Assembly: GCA_052035095.1 (NCBI GenBank)
Contig: JBPOHW010000003.1
Location: 1,807 to 65,806 of the forward strand
Origin: Candidatus Moraniibacteriota bacterium
GTDB lineage: Bacteria > Patescibacteriota > Minisyncoccia > Moranbacterales > UBA1568
Length of the DNA stretch: 64,000 nt
Direction: 5' to 3'
Shown: one piece after another, positions 46,923 to 55,957 of the stretch
How the letters are laid out: each line of letters begins with the position of its first letter
Numbering within the stretch: the first letter of the stretch is position 1
Position numbers and translations under genes: made by a program
The notes under the pieces: generated by a model
Told to the model about the DNA's origin: nothing
Seen by the model: the letters and a program-made list of their open reading frames with translations, nothing else
Databases searched by the model: none

Positions 46923-49004
46923 ATGCCTTCCCTTGAAACAACCATTGCCGATCTCCCAAGTGTCAGGAAGAATTTTCTTCCGAAATTCGCCGCGCTCGGC
47001 ATCCGCACCGTGCGTGATCTCTTGTTTCACATTCCCTCGCGCTACGAAGACTTTTCGGAAATCAAGAATATCGCCGAAGCGGTTGAAGGCGAAAAAACCA
47101 CCTTCGAAGGAACGATCGCTCCTTTCCGAGAAAAGAAAACATGGAAACGGCAGATGAAAATTTTTGAAACAGACTTGACCGATGATTCGGGAACGATTCG
47201 CCTCGTCTGGTTCAATCAGAAACTTGTCATTGATTCTCTCGCCCCTGGCACGCGTATTCGCGTTTCGGGCAAGGTTGGGAGCGATCAGGGCGGACTCGTT
47301 ATGATTTCCCCCGCTTTCGAGCGATCGACTCGCCGCCCGACCCACACGGCGCGCCTCGTCCCCGTCTACCCGGAAACCTACGGTCTCACCTCCAAATTCA
47401 TTCGCTGGCAAATACAAACGCTTTTTGAAAAAAAAGTGGGTGTGCCCGATCCTCTGCCGCCGGAACTCCTCGAAAAACTTCACCTTCCTTCACTTCCCAA
47501 AGCGCTCCGTATGCTCCACTTCCCCGCCACGATGGATGAAGTGGAAATCGCCCGGAAGCGCCTCGCCTTCGACGATATGTTCCTCGCGCAAATGAAAAGT
47601 CTCGAACTCAAATCGCTCTGGAGTCAAGAATCGGCGGTTTCTTTCCCGCTCGAGCATCATTTTTTGGAACGATTCGAAAACTCGCTCCCTTTCTCGCTTA
47701 CCGCCGCGCAAAAAAAAGCGGGGCAGGAAATTCTCGCCGATCTCGCCCAAACGAAACCGATGAACCGCCTCCTGAATGGCGACGTCGGCTCCGGCAAAAC
47801 GGTAGTTGCAGCGCTTTCGGCGCTTCGCGTCGCGCGAGGCGGATTCCAAACGGCGATCCTCGCCCCGACGGAAGTATTAGCCCGCCAGCACTACGAAACT
47901 CTCTCGAAACTATTCGCGCGCGAGCCCATTCAAATTGCGCTCCTCACGCGTTCGTATCAAACACTCGGTTCGGAAACCATCGTCAAAGAAACACTCAAAA
48001 ACACGCTCTCGTCCGGACTCGCGAGTATCGTAATCGGCACGCACGCTCTCCTCCAAGAGGACGTGTCTTTCAAAAATCTCGCCCTCGTCATCGTGGACGA
48101 ACAACACCGCTTCGGTGTCTCCCAACGCGCGAAACTTCAAGAGGCGACGACTCAAGCGAACGACGGTCTGCCAAATGCCATTCCCCACCTTCTCACCATG
48201 ACCGCGACCCCCATTCCACGCACGCTCGCGATCGCCTTTCTCGGTAATCTCGACATTTCCGTCCTCGACGAACTGCCCCGCAATCGGATTCCCATCATCA
48301 CCAAAATCGCCGCGACACGCGAGGCGCGAGAAACCATCTTTCGCTTCGCCAGGCAGGAAATAAAAAAAGGGCGGCAAGTTTTTGTCATCCTCCCCTTGGT
48401 CGAAGAGTCCTCCGCGCTCTCGGAAGTGAAAGCCGCCAAAACCGAACACGAAAAACTCTCCACAAAAGTCTTCCCCGAGTTCAGCGTCGGACTCCTCTAT
48501 GGAAAAATGAAATCCGCCGACAAAGAGAAGGTGATGCGAGATTTCAAAGACGGGAAAAGCGAAGTACTCGTCTCCACGTCCGTCGTCGAGGTGGGCGTCG
48601 ACGTTCCCAACGCGACCGTAATGATCATTGAGAATGCCGATCGTTTCGGACTCTCCCAACTCCACCAATTTCGCGGTCGCGTCGGCCGCGGCACAAGCGC
48701 GTCCTATTGTTTCCTCCTCCCCGGCAAAAACGGAACGAATGATCGTCTCGAGGCGCTCGTCACGAGCACGAATGGATTTTTCTTGGCGGAAAAAGACTTG
48801 GAACTCCGCGGTCCGGGCGCGTTCTTCGGTCTCCGCCAGTCCGGCCTCCCCGATATCGCAATGAGTCACCTCGGGAATCCCCGCCTCATCAAAATCTCCA
48901 AAGACGAAGCCGCCGCAATTCTCGAAAACGATCCCAAACTCACCCGCCACCCCCTCCTCCGCGCCGCCCTCGACAAAATGACCGAAGAGGTACATTTGGA
49001 ATAA
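46923..49004 (+). CDS. recG: ATP-dependent DNA helicase RecG
   Basis: Wedge/OB N-domain, helicase motifs GDVGSGKTVVA, VDEQHRFGV, C-terminal TRG motif region. Confidence 0.9.
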   Translation: MPSLETTIADLPSVRKNFLPKFAALGIRTVRDLLFHIPSRYEDFSEIKNIAEAVEGEKTTFEGTIAPFREKKTWKRQMKIFETDLTDDSGTIRLVWFNQKLVIDSLAPGTRIRVSGKVGSDQGGLVMISPAFERSTRRPTHTARLVPVYPETYGLTSKFIRWQIQTLFEKKVGVPDPLPPELLEKLHLPSLPKALRMLHFPATMDEVEIARKRLAFDDMFLAQMKSLELKSLWSQESAVSFPLEHHFLERFENSLPFSLTAAQKKAGQEILADLAQTKPMNRLLNGDVGSGKTVVAALSALRVARGGFQTAILAPTEVLARQHYETLSKLFAREPIQIALLTRSYQTLGSETIVKETLKNTLSSGLASIVIGTHALLQEDVSFKNLALVIVDEQHRFGVSQRAKLQEATTQANDGLPNAIPHLLTMTATPIPRTLAIAFLGNLDISVLDELPRNRIPIITKIAATREARETIFRFARQEIKKGRQVFVILPLVEESSALSEVKAAKTEHEKLSTKVFPEFSVGLLYGKMKSADKEKVMRDFKDGKSEVLVSTSVVEVGVDVPNATVMIIENADRFGLSQLHQFRGRVGRGTSASYCFLLPGKNGTNDRLEALVTSTNGFFLAEKDLELRGPGAFFGLRQSGLPDIAMSHLGNPRLIKISKDEAAAILENDPKLTRHPLLRAALDKMTEEVHLE

Positions 49005-49061
49005 GAAAACGCCTTGATCGAATTCGATCAAGGCGCAAAGTTTCAGAACATTCAATACCAT

Positions 49062-50921
49062 TCAGTCATCCCCTTCCAAGAGACTCTCCTTCGAATATCC
49101 CCTCAGTCCTAACTTTTCTCGAAGAGATCTTTTTCCCTTAGACTCTACTTGGTTAATTCTCTGGCGACTCAGATCCATTTCTTGTCCGAGCGACCCAAGC
49201 GTCCTTTCATTGTCATCAAAAATCCCGAAACGCCCAGAAAGCACGTCTCTTTGTTGCCTCGGAAGCGACTTCACGGAATCTTGAACGATACGCCGCCGCT
49301 CTTCGGCAAAACACCGGCTTTCAGCCGAAGGCTTCCGGTCAGGAAGGATATCCAACAGATTCATCTCATCCGCACCGCTTAATTCAGCATCAAGTGATAC
49401 GACACCTGCCAAATACATCCCCGCAAACTCTCTTGCTATCTTTAAAGGGACTTTTGCATCGGCAGCCGCGCGAATCATCGCTTCCTCTCGACCGAACACC
49501 TCGAGAAACCGCTCCATACTCTTTCCAAACTTCACAAATTTCCAGTGAAGACCCTTTGGAATCGATATGGCGCTCGATACTTTCGCGTAGGCGCCCTGCA
49601 AACAACCGTTGATGTACGGGATTGCATAACTTGAAAACTTCACACCCCATTCCGGATTAAACCGATGAACAACGTCCAAAAGAGCGAGGTTGGCTTCCTG
49701 TATACAATCCTGTATATCCATTCCCACCCTCTTCGGATGCCGCTTCCAGAAACGAAAAGCGAGCCAGCTCGCCAAACGCAAATTGGCGTGCACCAGAGCG
49801 TTAAAGGCCGCATCATCACCATTGCAAACCTTCTCCGCGATATCCCTTTCCTCTTCCGCGCTCAGAAGGCGGAATGTCTGAACCTTCTCCTGATACCAAT
49901 TTTTCACATCGACACTGGCATCGCTTTCCCTGCGTCGAAGATCCGATTGACGCTTCGCCTGCTTCGCCGTTCCGGAATCTTGACACTTCCGACCCCGCTT
50001 CTTTTGAGTGGAATCTTTCGGCAATCGGCCAGCTCTCTTCCGTCGGCGGTTCAGATCTCCTCCCTCATTCACCGTAACAGGAGAAGTCTTTGCGGCGACT
50101 GCCCAACTCACTGCCGGCCCAATTTTCTTGACCTGTCCCTGTTGGCAGTAGTCTTCCACTTTTCTCTCACCATTAGCGGGTGAAGGAATTGTTGTCGCGG
50201 TTGTTTGACGCGTCACCGGTTCAACCTTCTTGACCCGCTCCGGTCGAGATTGGATTTCTGAAGGAAATGTCCGAATCCACTCCGGTCTCTCCTCTTCTGA
50301 GAGACCGCACTTTTCATGAAAAAATCTCAAAAAGTCGACCCCAAGATAATCGCCATCACAAATCATGCGATCAAGAAAGTCTTTTTCGAGAAGATTGAAT
50401 CGCGATATTTCCCGTCTATTTTGCAACTCAACTTGAAGCGGAACACCATATACACCGCTCGTTGGATTTACCATCCGAGCGAGCATCCTTCGCACGGAAG
50501 TTCCGACAAAACGCTCAAGAGAGAGAAAGTTCCTGATTCTCGTAATCCTCTCGCGAGCATTTCTGTGGAAAATATGTCCACATACCGGACAACGCAAAAC
50601 CATGGGCGGTATGACGACAAAGCCATCAAGAGACGAGGAAAAAATATCTTGACCGTCTCTCCGAAGAAAGGATTCTTTCTCAAGCAACCTATCTTCAATG
50701 CCGGACAATTCCGGTTTCCACTGAAGGCACCGCCCATCCTCGCGAAGTTCAAATTGCCCCCACACCAAGAACCACGAGAGAGATTCCCCCTTCACGGCAG
50801 CTTCCCGCCGCATTTGCACCATCGTCCAAAACTTCCCCCACGACTCAAGAGACTTGAGAATACCCTCCGCCGAATCATACCTTCGCCGAGTACCGACATC
50901 AACTCCCGATTGCGATACCAT
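49062..50921 (-). CDS. RNA polymerase sigma-70 family factor with a roughly 340-aa N-terminal extension containing a CPVCGH zinc-ribbon-like motif
   Basis: Regions 1.2/2 (ANLRLASWLAFRFW...IQEANLALLDVVHRFNPEWGVKFSSYA), region 3 and region 4 (LGSLGQEMDLSRQRINQVESKGKRSLRE) in the C-terminal 280 aa. Confidence 0.65.
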   Translation of the reverse strand: MVSQSGVDVGTRRRYDSAEGILKSLESWGKFWTMVQMRREAAVKGESLSWFLVWGQFELREDGRCLQWKPELSGIEDRLLEKESFLRRDGQDIFSSSLDGFVVIPPMVLRCPVCGHIFHRNARERITRIRNFLSLERFVGTSVRRMLARMVNPTSGVYGVPLQVELQNRREISRFNLLEKDFLDRMICDGDYLGVDFLRFFHEKCGLSEEERPEWIRTFPSEIQSRPERVKKVEPVTRQTTATTIPSPANGERKVEDYCQQGQVKKIGPAVSWAVAAKTSPVTVNEGGDLNRRRKRAGRLPKDSTQKKRGRKCQDSGTAKQAKRQSDLRRRESDASVDVKNWYQEKVQTFRLLSAEEERDIAEKVCNGDDAAFNALVHANLRLASWLAFRFWKRHPKRVGMDIQDCIQEANLALLDVVHRFNPEWGVKFSSYAIPYINGCLQGAYAKVSSAISIPKGLHWKFVKFGKSMERFLEVFGREEAMIRAAADAKVPLKIAREFAGMYLAGVVSLDAELSGADEMNLLDILPDRKPSAESRCFAEERRRIVQDSVKSLPRQQRDVLSGRFGIFDDNERTLGSLGQEMDLSRQRINQVESKGKRSLREKLGLRGYSKESLLEGDD

Positions 50922-51005
50922 AAACGCATCTCCTCTGTTCGTGAACCAAAATAAAAAGGTACTTCCTTTACAGTAAAGGAAGTACCCGAGTTGTCAAGCC
51001 TACTT

Positions 51006-52736
51006 CTATTTCCTCCGCACTTTTTCCGTGACCCAGAATTCGCCGAAGTATTTGCCGAAGAGGAGCCGTGTCTGCGAATCGAGCGCGGGGAACGCCGAGA
51101 GAAACGCGACGAAGGGCGACAAGACCCATTGGAAGAGCATCACGAAATATTTCGAGGAATGATAGCGCGCGGGCTTCGGCGGGAGCGAGAAGAGCGAGAG
51201 TGGCACGGACACAACCATACCGAGAAGTGCCAAGGTCATGAGTCGCTGAGTAATGAGCGGGAGATTGTGCGCCAAGACGCTCTCGCGAAACGCGATACCG
51301 CCCAAGATAAGCGGGAGCCATCCCAAAAGCGCCAAAAGAAACGACGTCGTCGCCCACGAATAGTGCCCCTCAAGCATCTCAAACGAGATGCGAAGCTTCT
51401 TGAAGAATCCGATTTTTGCGTCCGGCCAGAGCGCGCGCATCGTGACGGGAAAATTCTCGATGCCATACGCCCATCGACGGTTCTGCTTGTATTGATTCAC
51501 GATCGTCTTCCAGTAAGAATCCGCCAAAACCGCGTCGAGCGACACGGGGAGATGAATCGGTTGCACTTCGTAATCGCCGTGAAAATACGCGATACACTTC
51601 CAATAGATCACCGAGTCCTCGCTGATCATATTCACCGGCCAAAATCCTACCCGAACGAGCGTGTCAAACGGCTCGCTATGCGACGAAAACGTCACCATTT
51701 GCCGCCGCGTACTCTGAAACAAGTGCCAAAACGACGAGCCTGTCACCACGAGTCGCACAAAGGCGTTCGTATCCCAGATCGTATTGTGATAGACCGGCAT
51801 CGGCTGATACGCTCGTTGGAGGCGTTTCGGATTGGTCACATAGGCATAGGTGAGCGCCGCGAAATATTCCGGATGCGCCACGCTATCGCAGTCGAAATTG
51901 GAAAAAATGACGCGCGTATATTCAATGCTTCGTTCGTCGAGATATTTTTGAAGTTCTTTGGCGGCAAATTTGGCGTTCGACGCCTTGCATTTCATCTCGC
52001 CCTCCGCGACAATATGCGTCGTCACGAGAAAGTCCTTGAAGACACCATCAAATTTCTTTTTCAAATACTCCACCTTTGCCGTGCGGTGCGCCGCGTCTTC
52101 GCGCTCCTCGGTCGCGAGGAGTACAATCATCTGTTCCTTGGGGAAATTCGCTTCGGCAAGCGACCGGATCGCGGGTTCGATCACCTCCGCCCCCTCTCCG
52201 GCGGTCGGCAGGAGAACGACATGAATGATTTTGCGCCAGTCCCAAATCTCCTCCGCGATCGGCACGAGTCGTTTTGCTTCGCGAAGCGTTTCTTTCGTCC
52301 GGCACAACTCCTTCCTCATTTTGAGCCGATTGCCGAGCGCAAAAAACGGTAAAGCTTTTCGCATCTGACGAAGATGTTCCATCCTCTCTTCGAGTTCTCG
52401 CGCAAACACTTCCGGCTGAAGACTGTTCTGGCACCGTTCCCACCAGTCTATTGTTTTGCTCTTCACTAATCGGAAATGCGCCCGCGTCGAATAGTAGGAA
52501 ATGAACACGATGCGATAGAGCCAGTAGAGATCAAAAAGAATGATGGCGACCGCCGCCCAGAGCGGCAGAAAAAACGAAATGACAAACATCCCGATGAGCG
52601 TCCCCCACGAGAGAAGCCCCGGCACCATCTCAAGCGCGCGCTGAACCCGCCGCGCCCGCGGCTCGGTCGTTTTCGGATCGGGGAACACAAAAATTTCCCC
52701 CAACTTCTCCTCCTTACGGTCAACATTCATAAACAA
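51006..52736 (-). CDS. Processive family-2 glycosyltransferase (CesA/BcsA/NodC-like synthase) with flanking TM helices
   Basis: DxD (FSNFDCDSV) and Q(Q/R)xRW (YKQNRRWAYG) motifs, 2 N-terminal and about 4 C-terminal TM helices. Confidence 0.65.
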   Translation of the reverse strand: MFMNVDRKEEKLGEIFVFPDPKTTEPRARRVQRALEMVPGLLSWGTLIGMFVISFFLPLWAAVAIILFDLYWLYRIVFISYYSTRAHFRLVKSKTIDWWERCQNSLQPEVFARELEERMEHLRQMRKALPFFALGNRLKMRKELCRTKETLREAKRLVPIAEEIWDWRKIIHVVLLPTAGEGAEVIEPAIRSLAEANFPKEQMIVLLATEEREDAAHRTAKVEYLKKKFDGVFKDFLVTTHIVAEGEMKCKASNAKFAAKELQKYLDERSIEYTRVIFSNFDCDSVAHPEYFAALTYAYVTNPKRLQRAYQPMPVYHNTIWDTNAFVRLVVTGSSFWHLFQSTRRQMVTFSSHSEPFDTLVRVGFWPVNMISEDSVIYWKCIAYFHGDYEVQPIHLPVSLDAVLADSYWKTIVNQYKQNRRWAYGIENFPVTMRALWPDAKIGFFKKLRISFEMLEGHYSWATTSFLLALLGWLPLILGGIAFRESVLAHNLPLITQRLMTLALLGMVVSVPLSLFSLPPKPARYHSSKYFVMLFQWVLSPFVAFLSAFPALDSQTRLLFGKYFGEFWVTEKVRRK

Positions 52737-52763
52737 AGAATACCCTATTTGAAGGAAAAAGGC

Positions 52764-52796
52764 AAGAAAAAAGCCCGGAAAATTCCTTTGCCGGGC
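52764..52796 (-). terminator. Rho-independent terminator downstream of small ORF 52824-53192
   Basis: Minus-strand GCCCGG-CAAAGGAATTTT-CCGGGC followed by TTTTTTCTT. Confidence 0.45.
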
Positions 52797-52823
52797 ATGG
52801 GTATTATATTTATAAGATCCGTA

Positions 52824-53192
52824 TTACTTCACCGCCTTCATCTCACTCCTTTGAATAAGGGTTTTAATCTCCTCATCGTTTGTGCCAATGTCAGCAAGGG
52901 AGAATTTCCATTGTTGACACTCACGACGAATGATCTCGACGCAGGAATCATACTCCCAGCTGCCTTCACGGAGAAGATCAAGGTACCGCCTGACCTTACT
53001 TTTGGCACCCTTTATACAGCATCCTTTAATCTCATCTTCATTTGTGTCAATGTCAGCAAGGGAGAATTTCCATTGTTGACACTCACGACGAATGATCTCG
53101 ACGCAGGAATCATACTCCCGGCTGCCTTCACGGAGAAGGCTGAGATATTGCCGAGCTGTCTGCATAGCTTCTTGAGTCGCCATCGTTACCAC
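52824..53192 (-). CDS. Small hypothetical protein (122 aa) built from two nearly identical 54-aa tandem repeats
   Basis: YLSLLREGSREYDSCVEIIRRECQQWKFSLADIDTNEDEIKG / YLDLLREGSWEYDSCVEIIRRECQQWKFSLADIGTNDEEIKT; underlying DNA repeats about 160 nt, near-identical. Confidence 0.35.
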   Translation of the reverse strand: MVTMATQEAMQTARQYLSLLREGSREYDSCVEIIRRECQQWKFSLADIDTNEDEIKGCCIKGAKSKVRRYLDLLREGSWEYDSCVEIIRRECQQWKFSLADIGTNDEEIKTLIQRSEMKAVK

Positions 53193-53292
53193 CCTCCTGG
53201 ACTAGGATTGAACAAGAACCACATTCCCGCTATACTGGAACTATTCCAGCAAGCATCTCTCCTGTATACACTATTTCTAAACTTTTGTCAAT

Positions 53293-54549
53293 ATGCTTTG
53301 GCGATTTCCCAAAAACTTCCTCTGGGGGGCGGCGACCTCGTCGCATCAGGTGGAGGGCGGCACGACCAATGACTGGAGCGAGTGGGAAAAGGTAAACGCC
53401 GACCGCCTCGCCCGCGAAGCCGCCGCAAAGTTCGGTCACCTCCCCGGCTGGACGGAGAAGTTCGGCACGGAAGCCGCCAGTCCCGAGAATTATATTTCCG
53501 GCATTGCCGTCGATCACTATCATCGTTACGAAGCGGATTTCGATATCGCGAGGAGTTTGGACCACACCGCGCACCGCTTCTCCATCGAGTGGTCGCGCGT
53601 CGAACCCGAGGAAGGAAGATTCGACGAAGCGGAAATAGGGCATTACCGAAATGTCGTTCGCGCCCTTCGCGCACGAAGCATCGAGCCTTTCGTCACACTC
53701 TGGCACTGGACGCTTCCCTTGTGGCTCGCGCGACAAGGAGGCATGCTCGCGCCGCGATTCCCGCACTACTTCGCGCGGTATGCGGAAAAAATGGCGCACG
53801 CACTCGGGAATGACGTGACCTTTTGGATCACGCTCAATGAACCCGATGTCGTCACTTCGCATGCCTATCTCAAGGCCGCCTGGCCGCCGCAAGAAAAGAG
53901 CGCCCTGAAATTTCTTCGCGCCAACTTCGCTCTCATACACGCGCATAAAAAAGCATACGACGCCATAAAAAAGAAACTTCCCAAATCTCAAATAGGCGTT
54001 GCTAAACACCAGGTTTCATTCGAACTCAGAAGAAACGCGATCGCAAATCGAATACTCAAGAAATTCGCGCACTATTTTTGGAACCGATGGTTTCTCAACC
54101 GTATAAAAAAGTATCAAGACTTCATCGGACTCAATCACTACAATCGAAACGTCATCAACAATGGCTTCAGCAAAAACCCAAACAAGCGCCTCACTGATTT
54201 CGGCTGGGAATTTTATCCCGAATCCATCTATCAGGCGCTCGTCGAATTAAAGCCCTACAAGAAGCCCATTTACATTACCGAAAACGGTCTCGCCGACCAA
54301 AGCGATACACTCCGAAAAGAATTTTTGACACGCGCGCTCACGTCCGTCCACCGCGCGATCCACGACGGCGCCGATGTCCGCGGCTACCTCTACTGGTCGT
54401 TCCTCGACAACTTCGAATGGGACAAAGGCTTCTGGCCCCGTTTCGGTCTCGTCGACGTCGACCGCAAAACACTGGAGCGAACCATCCGACCGAGCGCTCG
54501 TTTCTACGCCGACATCTGCCAGGCGAATGCAATCGAAACACCATACTGA
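53293..54549 (+). CDS. Glycoside hydrolase family 1 beta-glucosidase
   Basis: FPKNFLWGAATSSHQVEGG N-terminus, acid/base TLNEP, nucleophile ITENG. Confidence 0.85.
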   Translation: MLWRFPKNFLWGAATSSHQVEGGTTNDWSEWEKVNADRLAREAAAKFGHLPGWTEKFGTEAASPENYISGIAVDHYHRYEADFDIARSLDHTAHRFSIEWSRVEPEEGRFDEAEIGHYRNVVRALRARSIEPFVTLWHWTLPLWLARQGGMLAPRFPHYFARYAEKMAHALGNDVTFWITLNEPDVVTSHAYLKAAWPPQEKSALKFLRANFALIHAHKKAYDAIKKKLPKSQIGVAKHQVSFELRRNAIANRILKKFAHYFWNRWFLNRIKKYQDFIGLNHYNRNVINNGFSKNPNKRLTDFGWEFYPESIYQALVELKPYKKPIYITENGLADQSDTLRKEFLTRALTSVHRAIHDGADVRGYLYWSFLDNFEWDKGFWPRFGLVDVDRKTLERTIRPSARFYADICQANAIETPY

Positions 54550-54615
54550 CCTTGCGCAACAGCTTTTTTATGCTACAATCTGAAAGAGCCGAAAGGCTTT
54601 TGTTTTTTGTCTCTC

Positions 54616-54690
54616 GGCCTCATCGTCTATCGGTTAGGACAGCGGCTTTTCAAGCCGTTAAGAGGGGTTCGACTCCCCTTGAGGCTACCA
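54616..54690 (+). tRNA. tRNA-Glu (anticodon TTC), CCA encoded
   Basis: GGCCTCATCGTCTATCGGTTAGGACAGCGGCTTTTCAAGCCGTTAAGAGGGGTTCGACTCCCCTTGAGGCTACCA; preceded by a hairpin+T-run that terminates the GH1 gene. Confidence 0.85.
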
Positions 54691-54710
54691 AGAAAACTCA
54701 AAAATTCATC

Positions 54711-54777
54711 GAGGGGTTCACCATGTCATTCGACATGGCGCCCCGTCGGATGACGGGGCGACTCCCCCTGAGGCTAC
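54711..54777 (+). repeat. Partial copy of the tRNA-Glu T-arm+acceptor 3' strand with a 40-nt insertion (two perfect hairpins) at T-loop position 56/57
   Basis: gaggggttc + [ccatgtcattcgacatgg + gccccgtcggatgacggggc] + gactccccctgaggctac. Confidence 0.5.
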
Positions 54778-54783
54778 ACGGAA

Positions 54784-54846
54784 ATGATCCTCGCGCTCGA
54801 AACATCGTGTGATGAAGTGGCTTTCACGGTCAGAAAAAACATTTGA
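54784..54846 (+). pseudogene. Duplicated 5' fragment of tsaD (first 11 codons, 32 nt identical to 57153-57184) running into a stop after 20 codons
   Basis: ATGATCCTCGCGCTCGAAACATCGTGTGATGAA = MILALETSCDE, identical to the tsaD start 2.3 kb downstream. Confidence 0.5.
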
Positions 54847-54853
54847 CAAAAAC

Positions 54854-54881
54854 TTGAAAAACGCTTCGGGGAAGGTATAAT
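54854..54881 (+). promoter_or_regulatory. Sigma-70-like promoter TTGAAA-16 nt-TATAAT upstream of the RDD-domain gene
   Basis: acTTGAAAaacgcttcggggaaggTATAATat. Confidence 0.45.
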
Positions 54882-54934
54882 ATAGGCTATAAACGTGTTC
54901 TAAAAAAACTCTTTTTTGTTTTTTCATTTTACGT

Positions 54935-55930
54935 ATGAATCAGCAAGCAATTCAGTACCTCGCTGAAAACAAAGAGGCACACTCAAAGGAAACTCTCATC
55001 TCTCAACTTCAACAATCCGGTTATTCGGAAGTTGATATTGCGGAAAGCATTGCCACAGTCTATCCCAACGAATCCACAGGGGTTCCGACTCCTCCAATGG
55101 CGCCGATCAAATACGCCGGATTTTGGATTCGTTGGGTAGCGATTTTTGTTGATGGTCTTATCCTCTTCATTCCAAATGGTCTTTTGAATTTCCTCCTGGG
55201 AGAAAATTCACCGAAAGTCTTTCAGCTTTTTCTCCCCTTGTTCCTCGCTTCCGCATATCACATAATACTGATTCATAGGTATCAAATGACCATTGGAAAG
55301 ATGGCCGTCGGTATACGAGTTGTTTCAAACACCACTGAACGACTTCCGCTTAAAAGAGTCATTCTCCGCGAAACCATTGGGAAATTTTTGTCAGGATTTA
55401 CATTCGGCATCGGCTTTCTCATGGTTGGATTTACCAAGAGAAAACAAGGGCTTCACGATATGATCGCCGGGTCGACCGTTGTTTATAGAAATCCGGAAAA
55501 GAAAATGTCCGTCTTGGTTATCGTACTTATTGTCATATCGGCAATGCTTCCCGCAATGGCCCTCGTCGGAATGTTTGCCTCTATTGTTCTTGCTTCACTC
55601 AGTAGCGCTCGAGGCAAAGCGTCTGACGAGGCAATGAAGGCCACCCTCTCGGCAGAAATCATCTCCGCCATCCTGTATGCCGATGAAAAGGGAACGCTTA
55701 CGGGTTTTACTCCGGATCCCAAAACCGCCTTCAAAGAATGTAACGGTAAGCCGATTGTCTCTGTCGCTCCCAATGGAAATACTCTTGCTCTATTTGGAAA
55801 ATTGTGCCAAAAGGATGACCGATACATTTGCGTTGACACTCGTTTTGACCCCCTCACAGAAGACACTCACTCATTCAAAGAGGTTGAAAAATCGTATGTC
55901 TCCAGCGGGAAATCCGTCTGTCCCGATTAG
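54935..55930 (+). CDS. RDD-family membrane protein with a C-terminal type-IV-pilin-like segment
   Basis: RDD core (FWIRWVAIFVDGLIL...GKMAVGIRVV...KQGLHDMIAGSTVV); C-terminal hydrophobic helix followed by LSSARGKASDEAMKATLSAEII, a pilin-like pattern. Confidence 0.5.
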   Translation: MNQQAIQYLAENKEAHSKETLISQLQQSGYSEVDIAESIATVYPNESTGVPTPPMAPIKYAGFWIRWVAIFVDGLILFIPNGLLNFLLGENSPKVFQLFLPLFLASAYHIILIHRYQMTIGKMAVGIRVVSNTTERLPLKRVILRETIGKFLSGFTFGIGFLMVGFTKRKQGLHDMIAGSTVVYRNPEKKMSVLVIVLIVISAMLPAMALVGMFASIVLASLSSARGKASDEAMKATLSAEIISAILYADEKGTLTGFTPDPKTAFKECNGKPIVSVAPNGNTLALFGKLCQKDDRYICVDTRFDPLTEDTHSFKEVEKSYVSSGKSVCPD

Positions 55931-55957
55931 AAATCCGTTCTCTGAAAGTTCTGACAT

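Noticed and set aside
47910-49061. 383-aa - strand ORF
   Set aside because: Antisense to recG. Acidic/Gly low-complexity translation.
50991-52352. 453-aa + strand ORF, Arg/His-rich
   Set aside because: Antisense to the well-supported GT2 synthase gene. Arg-rich low-complexity translation typical of the reverse strand of a GC-rich gene.
54583-54610. Hairpin+T-run between GH1 and tRNA-Glu, considered as a riboswitch or leader
   Set aside because: Simplest reading is the intrinsic terminator of the GH1 gene. It is too short for a structured regulatory RNA.
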